Shown piece by piece: positions 10,048 to 19,851 of a DNA stretch of 64,000 bases; position 1 is the first letter of the stretch; each line of letters opens with the position of its first letter. Below the pieces are notes generated by a model that searched no databases, had not been told where the DNA came from, and was given only the letters and a program-made list of their open reading frames with translations. The DNA is from an uncultured Solirubrobacterales bacterium. Lineage in GTDB: Bacteria; Actinomycetota; Thermoleophilia; Solirubrobacterales; Solirubrobacteraceae. A program made the position numbers and the translations under genes. Where the stretch lies: contig CAVWFX010000012.1 in the NCBI GenBank assembly GCA_963754375.1, positions 7,630-71,629 on the forward strand. Reading direction: 5' to 3'.

Positions 10048-10236
10048 TCACGCCTCCTGGTTCCGGAGCCATTCCTCTACGTGCCGCTCGCGGAACCGCA
10101 GATACCGGCCGACCCGGTAGCCCCTCAGCCCCCATTGCCGCCAGCAGCCGTAGACCGTCTTCTTCGGCACGCCCAGGTAGGCAGCCAGCTCGTCCACGGA
10201 CAAGAACCGAGCGAGCAGACCGCAGCGCAGCATGGC
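10048..10236 (-). CDS. Excisionase / helix-turn-helix (HTH_17-like) protein; start uncertain
   Basis: FLSVDELAAYLGVPKKTVYGCWRQWGLRGYRVGRYLRFRERHVEEWL, directly upstream of the integrase fragment. Confidence 0.75.
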   Translation of the reverse strand, partial: AMLRCGLLARFLSVDELAAYLGVPKKTVYGCWRQWGLRGYRVGRYLRFRERHVEEWLRNQEA

Positions 10237-10558
10237 GGAGGCGAGCCGAGATAGCGAGACCATAGTCGGAGGGGGATGCCGCCATCCTCGGACGCCGCTG
10301 CCATTGGGGCAGCACCAGCTCTGCACGGCGGCACAGCCCTAGGTGCCGGGCCTTCCGGTCCGCCGCTGAGCCGCGTAGACACACCTGAAAGGATTGACTT
10401 GCCAGCTGAAGGCAGCCGGGTCGGCCAACCTCAGGCAGGCTGAGTAGTGATCTGGCATGGCAAGACGGGCCCGCCGCCGCTAAAACCGCTGACACTATAG
10501 AAATCCGGATTTCGGGCCTGTTTTTCACGCGCGCGGCCGAAGCTCCGCATTGCGGCTC

Positions 10559-10606
10559 GGGACTCATAATCCGCGGGTTCGGGGTTCAAGTCGCTGGCGG
10601 CGCACC
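10559..10606 (+). pseudogene. 3' half of a tRNA (tRNA-Lys-like), att-type remnant
   Basis: ggactcataatccgcgggttcggggttcaagtcgctggcggcgcacc has an anticodon arm, T-arm (GGTTCAA) and 3' acceptor strand, but no 5' half or D-arm. Confidence 0.65.
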
Positions 10607-10802
10607 CGAACGGCCTGGACCCACTCAAGCGTGTGGGGCTCGGAATTCGATTCGGGTGTCCTGAGGGCAGCTACGGCGCTACCCCCATTTTGACGCCGCT
10701 ACGGCGCCGCGCAGGGCATCAAAGGCTGATGGGAAGTGAAGTTGATCAACGTGAATTGATGTGAAGTCGCCGATTGATGGATTCCCGCAGGGAAGCCGGA
10801 GA

Positions 10803-11192
10803 CTAATTGAAGGTGTTGGTCTGGGTGTTGTGGTCGCCGACCTGGAAGCCCTTCGAGCCACTGATCGTCACGTTGTACTTGCCGGTCTGCGCGCCTTTCG
10901 GGTCGACTAGGTCCATGACCGCCTGCGCCGCCGCCAAGAGCTCTTCGTCGTCGGCCGCCCCGGACTCGGTGAGCTGCTTGGCGAGCGGCGCCTTATAGGT
11001 CTCCGGGTCGTCCTGGTGATCGACCAGCGCGTTCTCGGCCCGGGCGTTGCCGCTGAACCGTCGCTGCACCAGGTCGCGTAGCTTTCCGTAGGCAGCCGAA
11101 GCCTTCTCTTTTGCGTCGTCTTTCAGCGCCTCAAGAGCCCCGGAGGTAGCCCCGGCCGCGAGCGCCATGACGATCAGCGTAATCGGATCCAT
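10803..11192 (-). CDS. Bell-like helical domain protein with C-terminal RHIM-like amyloid signalling motif
   Basis: MDPITLIVMALAAGA...AYGKLRDLVQRRF N-terminus; C-terminal GKYNVTISGSKGFQVGDHNTQTNTFN (G-x-Q-V-G core). Confidence 0.85.
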   Translation of the reverse strand: MDPITLIVMALAAGATSGALEALKDDAKEKASAAYGKLRDLVQRRFSGNARAENALVDHQDDPETYKAPLAKQLTESGAADDEELLAAAQAVMDLVDPKGAQTGKYNVTISGSKGFQVGDHNTQTNTFN

Positions 11193-11319
11193 TTTGTCCC
11201 GCCTTCCCCGTTCCCTTTGCCGTGATCATACGACTTAATGGATAGATTCCGGCCGCTGCCGCGATGCTTCGTCTCGAACGTCTGCCGGAGTGTTCGGCAT
11301 GTGGGCGCTCACGTAATTC

Positions 11320-11920
11320 GGCTCTGGCGATGATCGCGTGACGCCAATTCGGAGGAGTATCTGGGCTCGGGGAAGATCGAACTTCGCGCGCTCGTGGCCG
11401 TCGCGTTTGAGCCGCTTGACGTTGCCCTAGGCGGCGCCGGAGCTGTGCTCGAGCGTGAGGCCGCTGATGACGGCCGGGAGGTCGCGGCGGATGCCGGCGG
11501 CGAGGCTGCGCAGTTCCGGCAGATCGTCGGCCTCCACGGCATCCAGCCAGGCGGGCGGTTCCCCGCCGCGCCGCTGGGCCATGATCTTGGCGAATGACCG
11601 GACGTGCTGGCGGGGGCGTTCGAGGTGGGCGCATCCGGCAGTTGCGTTCTTCACGATCTGCGCGTCGTCCTCAGTCAGGCGGTCGAGGCGGGTGCGCAGC
11701 GTCCTGCTGATCGTGCGGGACTTCGGGACGGCTGGGAGGGTCGGGGCGGACTGGCGGTCGTGCGGTTCCGGATGGCTGCGGCTGGCGCCGGGCGGCCGGA
11801 ACGGCTTCAGGTAATTGCGTACGGCCCGGACGTCGCCTTTGAACCGAGGGTGCGCAGCTCGGCAGTGATGGCCTCCGCGCTGGCCACGCTCTCGTTCCAG
11901 CGCTGGTTGACCAGGTCGCT
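11320..11920 (-). mobile_element. ISL3-family transposase C-terminal remnant with a terminal inverted-repeat-like end
   Basis: VRSFAKIM...WLDAVEADDLPELRSLAAGIRRDLPAVISGLTLEHSSG...AKFDL with stops and frameshifts; ggctctggc..cgtga end at 11320. Confidence 0.75.
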
Positions 11921-12065
11921 TTAGGGGTCGAGCTGGGTGAGCGGTGCTCGGCTTTGCCGGGCAGTTCCACCGAGGCGTCGTGGGGTCGGGCCGGATCTAT
12001 CACACAGTTCTGGAACCCCAGGTCGCTCTCCGTCCCGGCGTCCAGGCCCAAGACGGCTGGCGGGC

Positions 12066-13124
12066 TCACCGGCCGCTGATCTCGCGCAGGGCCGCCACCA
12101 GGATGTCGGCCTCGGCATTGCCGACTAGGCGGTGTGTCACGAACCGCACCGTGTAGGGCGGCCGGGCTGAGGCCGTTATCCCGCGCGACTCCAGACGCTG
12201 GACCAGCTGGGTAGCGCCGATGCCCCAATTCTCGGTGTCGATCATGACGAAGTTGGTCTCGACGGCGTCCGGATCGACCCTGAGCGCTGGCAACTCGGCC
12301 AGCTTGGCGGCCAAGCTGCGGGCCTGGTCGTGATCCTCGCGAAGGCGATCGATCCCGGTCCGCAGTGCGACCAGCCCGGCCGCGGCGATAATCCCGGCCT
12401 GCCGCATCCCGCCGCCGAGCATCTTGCGGGCCCGGCGGGCCCGTCCCACGAAGTCGGCGGACCCGGCCAGCAGAGCGCCGACCGGCGCGGACAGGCCCTT
12501 GCTCAGCGAGAAGGCCACCGAGTCGGCGTCCGCGACGAGTTCCGCAGCGGGGATATCCAGCGCCACGCTGGCGTTGAAGATCCGCGCCCCGTCGACATGC
12601 AGCGCCAGATGCTGGGCATCGCACAGCTCACGCAGTTCCTTCATCGCCGCGACGGGCGTGATGGTGCCGCCGGCCCGGTTGTGGGTGTTCTCCACGCACA
12701 GCAGGGTTGTCACCGGGTCTTGTTGGTCCGGTCGGCGCAGGTGCCGCTCGACCTCTTGGGCGCGCAGCACCCCCCGGTCCCCGGGCACACCCAGCGGAAC
12801 GCAGCCCGCCACCCCGCTGATGCCGTCGGCTTCGTGGTACAGCAGGTGCGCCTCGGCTTCGAGGACGACCATGTTGGCCGGGCGGGTCCAGGACAGTACG
12901 GCAGCGAGATTCGCCATAGTGCCGCTTGGCATCAGGACGGCTGCTTCCTTTCCCATCAGCCCCGCTGCGACCGCCTCCAGCTCGTTGACGGTCGGGTCCA
13001 GGCCGTAGGCGTCGTCACCGAGCGACGCTGATGCGATCGCGTCGAGCATGTCCTGTGTCGGCAGCGTCGAGGTGTCGTAGAAGCTGATCACCGCTGAAGT
13101 CGTGGTCCCTCCGGAGATTCGCAC
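12066..13124 (-). CDS. Low-specificity L-threonine aldolase family PLP enzyme
   Basis: LGDDAYGLDPTVNELE, PSGTMAN, ENTHNRAGG, HVDGARIFNA, SLSKGLSAPVG, GGGMRQAG. Confidence 0.9.
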   Translation of the reverse strand: MRISGGTTTSAVISFYDTSTLPTQDMLDAIASASLGDDAYGLDPTVNELEAVAAGLMGKEAAVLMPSGTMANLAAVLSWTRPANMVVLEAEAHLLYHEADGISGVAGCVPLGVPGDRGVLRAQEVERHLRRPDQQDPVTTLLCVENTHNRAGGTITPVAAMKELRELCDAQHLALHVDGARIFNASVALDIPAAELVADADSVAFSLSKGLSAPVGALLAGSADFVGRARRARKMLGGGMRQAGIIAAAGLVALRTGIDRLREDHDQARSLAAKLAELPALRVDPDAVETNFVMIDTENWGIGATQLVQRLESRGITASARPPYTVRFVTHRLVGNAEADILVAALREISGR

Positions 13125-13233
13125 CTGGCGATGGCCCGGACCGGGCTGCCGTCACCACCAGCGATGGGTAGCGGCAGGACGGTGAGCTCGCGTCTAGGTG
13201 GCAGGAACGGCGCAGCGGGTCCTGCCATCCTGG

Positions 13234-13968
13234 TCATGCGTCGGGCCGTGTGCTGGACGCCGCCATGACCTTGCCGAAACCGTCCGGCCGCCGCACCGAG
13301 CCAGCGAGGTCAAGGCATTTCCAGAGCGTGACGGCGATGCTATCGAGGACGGGAATGCCGAGTTCCTGCTCAAGCTCCTGCACCATCTCTGTGGCTGCGA
13401 CATTGGTGCACACGACGGCAACTGCTTGGGCGCCGTCACGGGCCGCGCGGACGACCAAGCTCCGGATCCCCTCGGGAGCCAGAGCGCCTACAGCGAGGTT
13501 GTCCGCCAAGCCCAGGTGCTCGCTGGCGACCACCTGGATTCCCTCCCGCGCGTAGTGATGGCTGATCAGCTCATTGAGTCTGCTGACATACGGCGTCGCC
13601 AGGCCTACCCGGCTGACTCCCAGCGCCTCGCAGGCATCGATCAGCGCCAGCGTGGACGTCGTAGCGGGAATGCCTGTGGCGTCGGAGAGTTCCCGGCAGA
13701 GCCGCCGGTCGCCGTCCGGGCCCATCCAGGAACCGGCGGTGCCATTCCAGGCGAGGATATCGACGGCCGCGTCGGCCAGCAGTTCGGCCGAAGCGAGCAT
13801 TGCCGCGGTAGCGAACTGGGCATCTGATTCGGCTCCGGCTGTCACCTTCGTGACGCGCAGACGGCTGAAATGCGCGGAGACTCCGTTGATTCCCTCGAGC
13901 ATTTTGTAGGTCAGCGGCTCGAGTACGGTGTTCGAGGACGGGGTCAGCATGCCGATCCGGGTGGCCAT
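13234..13968 (-). CDS. Asp/Glu/hydantoin racemase family (maleate isomerase-like) protein
   Basis: RIGMLTPSSNTVLEP, HFSRLRV, WNGTAGSW, LATPY, VVCTN. Confidence 0.85.
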   Translation of the reverse strand: MATRIGMLTPSSNTVLEPLTYKMLEGINGVSAHFSRLRVTKVTAGAESDAQFATAAMLASAELLADAAVDILAWNGTAGSWMGPDGDRRLCRELSDATGIPATTSTLALIDACEALGVSRVGLATPYVSRLNELISHHYAREGIQVVASEHLGLADNLAVGALAPEGIRSLVVRAARDGAQAVAVVCTNVAATEMVQELEQELGIPVLDSIAVTLWKCLDLAGSVRRPDGFGKVMAASSTRPDA

Positions 13969-14181
13969 CCTTGGGTTCCTCCTTGTGGTGATCCCGTTTA
14001 TTTTTGCGCCGCGCCTGTCAATGTCGATATCCACGGTCACCGGCCGGCGAATGTCGCTGCGCCTTCCGGGGCCAACCCAGTTGGCCATGCGCTCTCGGGA
14101 TACATGTTCGGCGACCAGGACAGCGCCAGGGCTGGCGGCGGTGCCGGTCGCAGGCGACGTGGTCTCCTCGCTGCCTATCGT

Positions 14182-14949
14182 TCAGATCGTGACGGGCGGC
14201 ACGTCCCGTGGCGCGACGCCGTTCACGATCGCGTCGATGACCAGCTGCTCGCGTGCCTGGATCTTCCGCACCTCGGCAGCCACGGCGCGGACGTGCCGGG
14301 CCGGCACGACGCAGATCCCGGTGCCGTCCGCCACTACCAGGTCGCCGGGCGTCACCGGCACACCGGCCAGGGCAACGGTTCCGTTGACCTCGATGGCGGC
14401 CATGCGGTGGTTCCCGCTGACCGGGGTCACCGACCTGGACCAGACCTGGATGCCCTCGGCTGCTATGCCCTCCACGTCGCGGACGGCGCCATCGACGACG
14501 CAGCCGCCGATACTCAGGCGTGTTGCCAAGCGCGCGGAGATCGAGCCAATCACCGAGCCGTGCGTGTCCCCGCCGCAGTCAAATACGGCGATGTCGCCGG
14601 GCTGGCCGATCGCGTACATGTCGCGGTCCCCCAGGCCCGAGCGCTCTCCGCGCTGCAGCACACCGCTCACGTCGCCGCCGTGCCTCGCATACCGGATGGT
14701 GATCGCCGGGCCGCAGACCCGCTGGCGCGCCGCCAGCGGCCGCAGCACGCTGGCCGGCACGCGGCCGCCGATGCCGAGCGTGTCCATCGCGTCGGAGACT
14801 ATCGAGGACACATCCTCGATGGCCAGGAACGCGGCGATGACCGCCGGATCCGGCCGGTCCACCGTGACCTGCCTGATCTGGTCCTCGCGCACCTGGCCGA
14901 ACAGCCTGTCCCGAACGCTCGCCAGCTCTTCGTCTGTCGCCACAGTCAC
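14182..14949 (-). CDS. RraA family / HMG aldolase-like protein
   Basis: VSDAMD, CGPAITIRY, QPGDIAV, VDGAVRDV, VTPGDLVVADGTG. Confidence 0.85.
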   Translation of the reverse strand: MTVATDEELASVRDRLFGQVREDQIRQVTVDRPDPAVIAAFLAIEDVSSIVSDAMDTLGIGGRVPASVLRPLAARQRVCGPAITIRYARHGGDVSGVLQRGERSGLGDRDMYAIGQPGDIAVFDCGGDTHGSVIGSISARLATRLSIGGCVVDGAVRDVEGIAAEGIQVWSRSVTPVSGNHRMAAIEVNGTVALAGVPVTPGDLVVADGTGICVVPARHVRAVAAEVRKIQAREQLVIDAIVNGVAPRDVPPVTI

Positions 14950-14957
14950 GTCCCTTC

Positions 14958-15923
14958 TCAGCTACCGGAACCCTGCAATAGGGCCTTATCCGCCGGGTAC
15001 TGCTCGGCAAAGTCGCGCGCGATGTCGATGCGCCGCATGAAGGCGACGTCGGAGAACTGCTGCGCGTACTCGATGAAGCGCGCCAGGCCATCGGATCGCG
15101 CCGGGTTGCCGGTGATCCGCGGATGCACGCCGATCGACATCATCCGGCCGAGGTCGTCTCCGTCGGCGCGCAGCCGGTCCAGGCTGGCCTTCGCCGTCAG
15201 GTAGAAGTCGTCGGGGCTGGCGAACCCGGTGCCCACGATGTAACGCGCGTCGTTCACCACAAGCGAGTACGGCACCACGAGGTGAGGCCGGTCCAGGATC
15301 GTGGTCCAGTACGGCAAATCGTCGTTGTAGCAGTCGGAGTCATACTCAAACCCGCCCTCCTCGACTACCAGCTCGCGCGTATTGGTGCTCATCTCCCGGC
15401 AGTACCACCCGACCGGGCGCGTTCCGGTGGTCTCCTGGATGGATGCAATGGCGAGCTTGATCGCCTCCCGCTCCTGGTCACGGGCCATCTCGAAATGGTT
15501 GCTCCACCGGTAGCCATGGCCCGCAGGCTCGTCGCCCCGGCTGGCCAGCTTCGCCGCGACCGCGGGGTTGCGCTCTAGCGCCACCGCCGCAGCGAAGAAG
15601 GTAACCGGGATGCCGGCGTTGTCGAATACCCGGAACAGCCGCCAGATGCCGGCCCGCGAGCCGTACTCGTACATCGACTCGACAGCCAGGTCACGCTGTC
15701 CTTCGAGGGCGAACGGCAGCTCGTAGAGAATGTCGTTGACGTTGTCGCCCATCGGGAAGGTCTTCTCCGAGCCCTCCTCGTAGTTCACCACGATCTGGAC
15801 GGCGACCTTCGCCTCACCCTGCCACCGGATGAGCGGCGGATGCTCGCCGTATCCGACAAGCTCCCGCGGCGGCCCCGCCGTCTCGGCGTCGGTGCGCCGA
15901 AAGAACAGATCATCGTGCGTCAT
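14958..15923 (-). CDS. Polysaccharide deacetylase family, PuuE/allantoinase-like hydrolase (copy 1)
   Basis: VVNYEEGSE, SMYEYGSRAGIWR, GHGYRW, YDSDCYNDDLPYW, MMSIGVHPRITG. Confidence 0.88.
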   Translation of the reverse strand: MTHDDLFFRRTDAETAGPPRELVGYGEHPPLIRWQGEAKVAVQIVVNYEEGSEKTFPMGDNVNDILYELPFALEGQRDLAVESMYEYGSRAGIWRLFRVFDNAGIPVTFFAAAVALERNPAVAAKLASRGDEPAGHGYRWSNHFEMARDQEREAIKLAIASIQETTGTRPVGWYCREMSTNTRELVVEEGGFEYDSDCYNDDLPYWTTILDRPHLVVPYSLVVNDARYIVGTGFASPDDFYLTAKASLDRLRADGDDLGRMMSIGVHPRITGNPARSDGLARFIEYAQQFSDVAFMRRIDIARDFAEQYPADKALLQGSGS

Positions 15924-16374
15924 CGCTGTCTCCTTGCATCGTGGCCTCCGTTTTCGCATCAAGCTCCAGCCAGCGCTCAGGCCGGCTCAGCTCGTGGAAG
16001 CCCGCCCGCCGGTACAGCGAGTGGGCGTCCCTGGTGGCGAGCAGAACCTGACGGACCTTGGCGTCGCGCAGGTCAGCCAGCATGCGGCTGAGCATCCACC
16101 CGCCGATCTTCCGATTCCGGTACGCCTTCGCCACGAAGACGTCGCACAGGTAGGCGAACGTCACCCCGTCCGTGATCGCCCGTGCTACGGCGATCTGCTC
16201 CTCTCCCAGCAGCACGCCGTAGGCCCGCGACTGCCGGAGTGACTCGACGACATCCTGCAACGTCCGGCCCATGGACCAGTAGGCCTCCTGAGAGAGCCAC
16301 TCGTGAATGCGAGCCGGGTCCATCCGGGACACGTCGTCGGTAAGGACATAGTCGCCCCAGCGCTGCTCCATCAA
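15910..16374 (-). CDS. GNAT family N-acetyltransferase
   Basis: IHEWLSQEAYWS, ARAITDGVTFAYLCDVFV, LATRDAHSLYRRAGF. Confidence 0.9.
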   Translation of the reverse strand: MMEQRWGDYVLTDDVSRMDPARIHEWLSQEAYWSMGRTLQDVVESLRQSRAYGVLLGEEQIAVARAITDGVTFAYLCDVFVAKAYRNRKIGGWMLSRMLADLRDAKVRQVLLATRDAHSLYRRAGFHELSRPERWLELDAKTEATMQGDSDDAR

Positions 16375-17510
16375 GCTGCTCCCGGGCTGGCCAGCCGGCC
16401 GCGCGCGGCCGCCGCCAGGCGGTCAGCGCCGACGCTGACCTCGCCGACGCTGGGGAAGCTGAAGGACAGGCGAGCGCTATTATCGCCGCCGCCATCGATG
16501 AAGAATCCCGCACCGGGGAGGAAGGTCACGCCGGCGCGCTCGCAATCGGTCAGCAGGTCAGCTGCGCTAAGCTGCCGCGGCAGTTCCAGCCACACGAAGT
16601 AGCCTCCGTCAGGAGTCAGCCAGTCCGCGGCGCAGCCGTCCAGGCCGTCGGCCAGACCTGCGACCAGCGCGTCTCGGCGCAGCCTGAGCAATTCGCGGAT
16701 CCGGGCCAGATGGGCGGGCAGGAAGCCCGCAGCAAGAAACTCATAAACCTCCGCCTGCGGCCACAGCGGCGGCGACACGTATGCATCGAGCGCCGCGCCC
16801 GCGACGCCCTGGACCAGGTGCTCGGGCAGCACCCCGTACCCGACCCGCAGGCCAGGCGCGATCACCTTGGAGAAAGACGATACGAGGACCGACAGTCGTC
16901 CCGCTCCCCTGGCCTCGAGCAGACTGCGGAGGGAAGGCGGCGACTCGCCGTCGAACCTCAGCAGGCCGTAGGGATCGTCTTCGATTAGCATCAGATCGTG
17001 CCTGACGGCCAGATCCGCAAGAAGCTCGCGATCCGCTGCCGTCAGCGTGGTTCCGGTCGGATTGTGGAAGGTTGGCATGACGTAGAAGAAAGCCGGCCGC
17101 TCGCCGGTTACCAGATAGTCCTCAAGAGCCGCCAGGTCCAGGCCGGCTCGGCTGCGCCGGATCGGAACTATCTGCGCGCCCGACCGCTGCAGCAGTCTGT
17201 TCACCCGGTCATAGCTCGGCACTTCGACAAGCACGGGGCGGCGCGGCGTTACCAGGACGCGCGCGAGCAGTGTCAGCAGCATGTAGGACCCGGGCGTTAT
17301 CACGACCCGATCGGCCGGGGCACGGTACTGATCCCCGAGCCATTCCTGTAGCAGGCTGAAGCCCGCCGGGGGCCCGTAGTTCAGGGCCGTCGCGCTGTGC
17401 CGCCGGAATGCCAGCCGCGCCGCCTCGGCAAGCTCGTCAGCGGGGAACAGCTCGGGCGCCGGAATGCCGCGGGCAAAGGAGATCATCCCCGATGCAGGCA
17501 GGACTGACAT
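16371..17510 (-). CDS. PLP-dependent class I/II aminotransferase (2-aminoadipate transaminase-like)
   Basis: ISFARGIP, YVMPTFHNPTG, IEDDPY, SFSKVIAPGLRVG, ARLSFS. Confidence 0.9.
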   Translation of the reverse strand: MSVLPASGMISFARGIPAPELFPADELAEAARLAFRRHSATALNYGPPAGFSLLQEWLGDQYRAPADRVVITPGSYMLLTLLARVLVTPRRPVLVEVPSYDRVNRLLQRSGAQIVPIRRSRAGLDLAALEDYLVTGERPAFFYVMPTFHNPTGTTLTAADRELLADLAVRHDLMLIEDDPYGLLRFDGESPPSLRSLLEARGAGRLSVLVSSFSKVIAPGLRVGYGVLPEHLVQGVAGAALDAYVSPPLWPQAEVYEFLAAGFLPAHLARIRELLRLRRDALVAGLADGLDGCAADWLTPDGGYFVWLELPRQLSAADLLTDCERAGVTFLPGAGFFIDGGGDNSARLSFSFPSVGEVSVGADRLAAAARGRLASPGAA

Positions 17511-17513
17511 CGC

Positions 17514-18290
17514 CTAGTCCTGCCGGGCGAGATGACGTGCCCCGTCGGCGACGATCAGCTGACCGCTCACGTATGAAGCCTCCTCGCTGGCGAGGAACTG
17601 ATAGAGCCAGGCGATGTCTTCCGGCTGTCCGACCCGGCCCGATGGCGCTTTCAGGGCCGCTGCCCGCACGCCTTCGGGCCCGAGAGAGTTCACCGGATCA
17701 TTGGCTTGTGGTGTATCGATGATGCCGGGCGCGACGGCGTTGGCGGTGATCCCGTCCGGGCCGTACTCCACGGCAAGAGTCCGGATGAGACCGACCAGCC
17801 CCGCCTTGGCCGCCGTGTAGTGCGGAAGGGCCGGCCACGCCTGGACCGTGCCCGCGACCGAGGACGTCGCCAGCAGGCGGCCGTAGCGCGCCCGGCGCAT
17901 GTGCGGAAGCGCCGCGCGGAAGCAGCGCCACGCGCCATTGAGGTCCACGTCCAGCACGGTGTTCCAGGCCTCGTCGTCCAGCTGGTCCAGATCGACCTTG
18001 CGCGCGATGCCGGCGTTCGCCACCACGATGTCGATGCCCCCGAACTCCGCGACGGCCTGCTCCGTTATAGCGTTGACGTCAGCCGTGCTGCGTACGTCCA
18101 CAGCGGCCGCCAGGCAGCGCCCGCCCGCGGCTGTGATTGCCTCTTGCACCGGTCGCACGTCGTGCCCGTCTGGCGGATACCAGGCCAGCGCGACGCTGGC
18201 GCCGGCCCGGGCGAAGACGCGGGCCGTCGCGGCGCCGATTCCCGAGGCAGCCCCCGTGATGAGCGCCACCCGGCCATGCAGATCAAACAT
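17514..18290 (-). CDS. SDR family oxidoreductase
   Basis: TGAASGIG, VANAG, YTAAK, NAVAPG. Confidence 0.92.
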   Translation of the reverse strand: MFDLHGRVALITGAASGIGAATARVFARAGASVALAWYPPDGHDVRPVQEAITAAGGRCLAAAVDVRSTADVNAITEQAVAEFGGIDIVVANAGIARKVDLDQLDDEAWNTVLDVDLNGAWRCFRAALPHMRRARYGRLLATSSVAGTVQAWPALPHYTAAKAGLVGLIRTLAVEYGPDGITANAVAPGIIDTPQANDPVNSLGPEGVRAAALKAPSGRVGQPEDIAWLYQFLASEEASYVSGQLIVADGARHLARQD

Positions 18291-18340
18291 GCAGTCCTCT
18301 TTCTCGGCTCATGACATCCCGTTTTCAGTGCAGGTGGCGG

Positions 18341-19093
18341 TCAGAGCATGACGTCCCCGCCGTTCGGGCAGAGTGTCTGGCCGACGTAGTACGAGGAGTC
18401 ATCTGAGGCGAGGAAAACCGCGGTCGGGGCAACCTCGTGCACCTCGCCGAAACGCCCCATCGGGAGTTCCGAGAGCTTCCGCGCTACCCACTCCTCGGTT
18501 TCCTGCGCGCTCATCTCAGTGTGGATGGGGCCCGGCGCAATCGCGTTGACGTGAATGCCCTGACTCGACACCTCACGGGCCAGGGCCTTCGTCAGGCCGA
18601 TCACGCCCGCCTTGCTGGCGCTGTAGGGCACCATCTCGATGCCGCCGACCTGGCCGAGTTGCGACGCGATATTGATGATCTTTCCGCGCTTGCGCTCGAG
18701 CATTGCCGGCAGCACGTACCTGGTGCACAAGAAGACGCCCCGCAGGTTGACTGCGAGCACGCGATCCCATTCGCTGACCTCAAGCTCAGCGAAGAAGCAC
18801 TGGCTGGGGATGCCCGCGTTGTTGACGAGGATGTCGATCTGGCCGAACTCCGCGACCGCGGCATCGACCATCGCCCGCACCTGCTGCTCGTCCGTGACGT
18901 CGGTCTGCACCAGCAGCGAGCGCCGTCCTGACTCGGCGATCGAGGACAGCACCGGCGCCGCCACCTCGGCGCCAAGCAGATCGGCAATCACGATATCGGC
19001 ACCCTCGGCAGCGAACGCGGTAGCGATCTCGGCCCCGATCCCGCGCGCGCCACCGGTCACGATGGCGACCTTCCCGTCCAGTTTCCCGGCCAC
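18341..19093 (-). CDS. SDR family oxidoreductase (FabG-like)
   Basis: TGGARGIG, NNAG, YSASK, NAIAPG, GQTLCPNGGDVML. Confidence 0.92.
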   Translation of the reverse strand: MAGKLDGKVAIVTGGARGIGAEIATAFAAEGADIVIADLLGAEVAAPVLSSIAESGRRSLLVQTDVTDEQQVRAMVDAAVAEFGQIDILVNNAGIPSQCFFAELEVSEWDRVLAVNLRGVFLCTRYVLPAMLERKRGKIINIASQLGQVGGIEMVPYSASKAGVIGLTKALAREVSSQGIHVNAIAPGPIHTEMSAQETEEWVARKLSELPMGRFGEVHEVAPTAVFLASDDSSYYVGQTLCPNGGDVML

Positions 19094-19182
19094 AGCGTTT
19101 CCCTCGATTCCGCATTGTTGAGCTCATGGATTCCCGGCAGCCAGTCCGCCGGCCCGCGTTCACTAATCAGGCAAGATCGCGA

Positions 19183-19851
19183 TCATGGCGCCCAGATCTT
19201 GCGGATGGCGTCAGAAGTTGCAAGGTCAAAGCGCCGCGCCATGAGATACATGGACGCGTCGTGCTGGGCCCGGTCATCACTACCGACGGCATCGGTGGCG
19301 ATGACGACGTAGTAGTCGCTGAACATCGCGTCCCTGGCTGTCGACTCGACGCAACCTTCGGTCGTGCATCCGCAGACAACGACCGACTTGATTCCGTTGC
19401 TTCTCAGCAGCAGGCCGAGATTGGTTCCCCAGAAGGAGCTTGACCTGTATTTCTTTACGACTAGCTCGCCGTCGAGCGGCTCCAGGCCAGGCACGAACTG
19501 CTGGCCTTCGGATCCGTCGAGCACATACGGAAGCGGCTCCGCTTCACCGTGATGGCCGTCGTACAGGCGGAGGTGGAACCTGATCTGCGCGGGCGAGTCG
19601 CTAATCCGGCCCGGCAGCACGGTCATCTGGATGAATACCGGCAGCACCCCAGACTGGCGCGCGCTTTCGATGAGCTCGCCAACACGCTCGATCACGGGCG
19701 GGTACATCGACAAGTCGACGCCGTTACGGGCGAGGTTTCCGTCTGGACAGCAGAAGTCACGCTGCATGTCGACGATCAGCAGGGCGGTGTGCGCGGGGTC
19801 GACGAGCTCGGACAGCTCGGTGAAGACCTGCTTGCCGTCAATCTCGATCAT
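19183..19851 (-). CDS. Cysteine hydrolase / isochorismatase family amidohydrolase (RutB-like)
   Basis: ALLIVDMQRDF, KYRSSSF, GCTTEGCVESTARDA. Confidence 0.9.
   Translation of the reverse strand: MIEIDGKQVFTELSELVDPAHTALLIVDMQRDFCCPDGNLARNGVDLSMYPPVIERVGELIESARQSGVLPVFIQMTVLPGRISDSPAQIRFHLRLYDGHHGEAEPLPYVLDGSEGQQFVPGLEPLDGELVVKKYRSSSFWGTNLGLLLRSNGIKSVVVCGCTTEGCVESTARDAMFSDYYVVIATDAVGSDDRAQHDASMYLMARRFDLATSDAIRKIWAP

Noticed and set aside
10559-10606. Functional tRNA-Met/Ile2 (CAT)
   Set aside because: No 5' acceptor strand or D-arm upstream, and the T-stem is mismatched; treated as an att relic.
8397-11192. Complete lanthipeptide or NLR defence locus
   Set aside because: Only single orphan components are present; no LanB/LanC, precursor peptide or NB-ARC/NACHT gene was found in the window.
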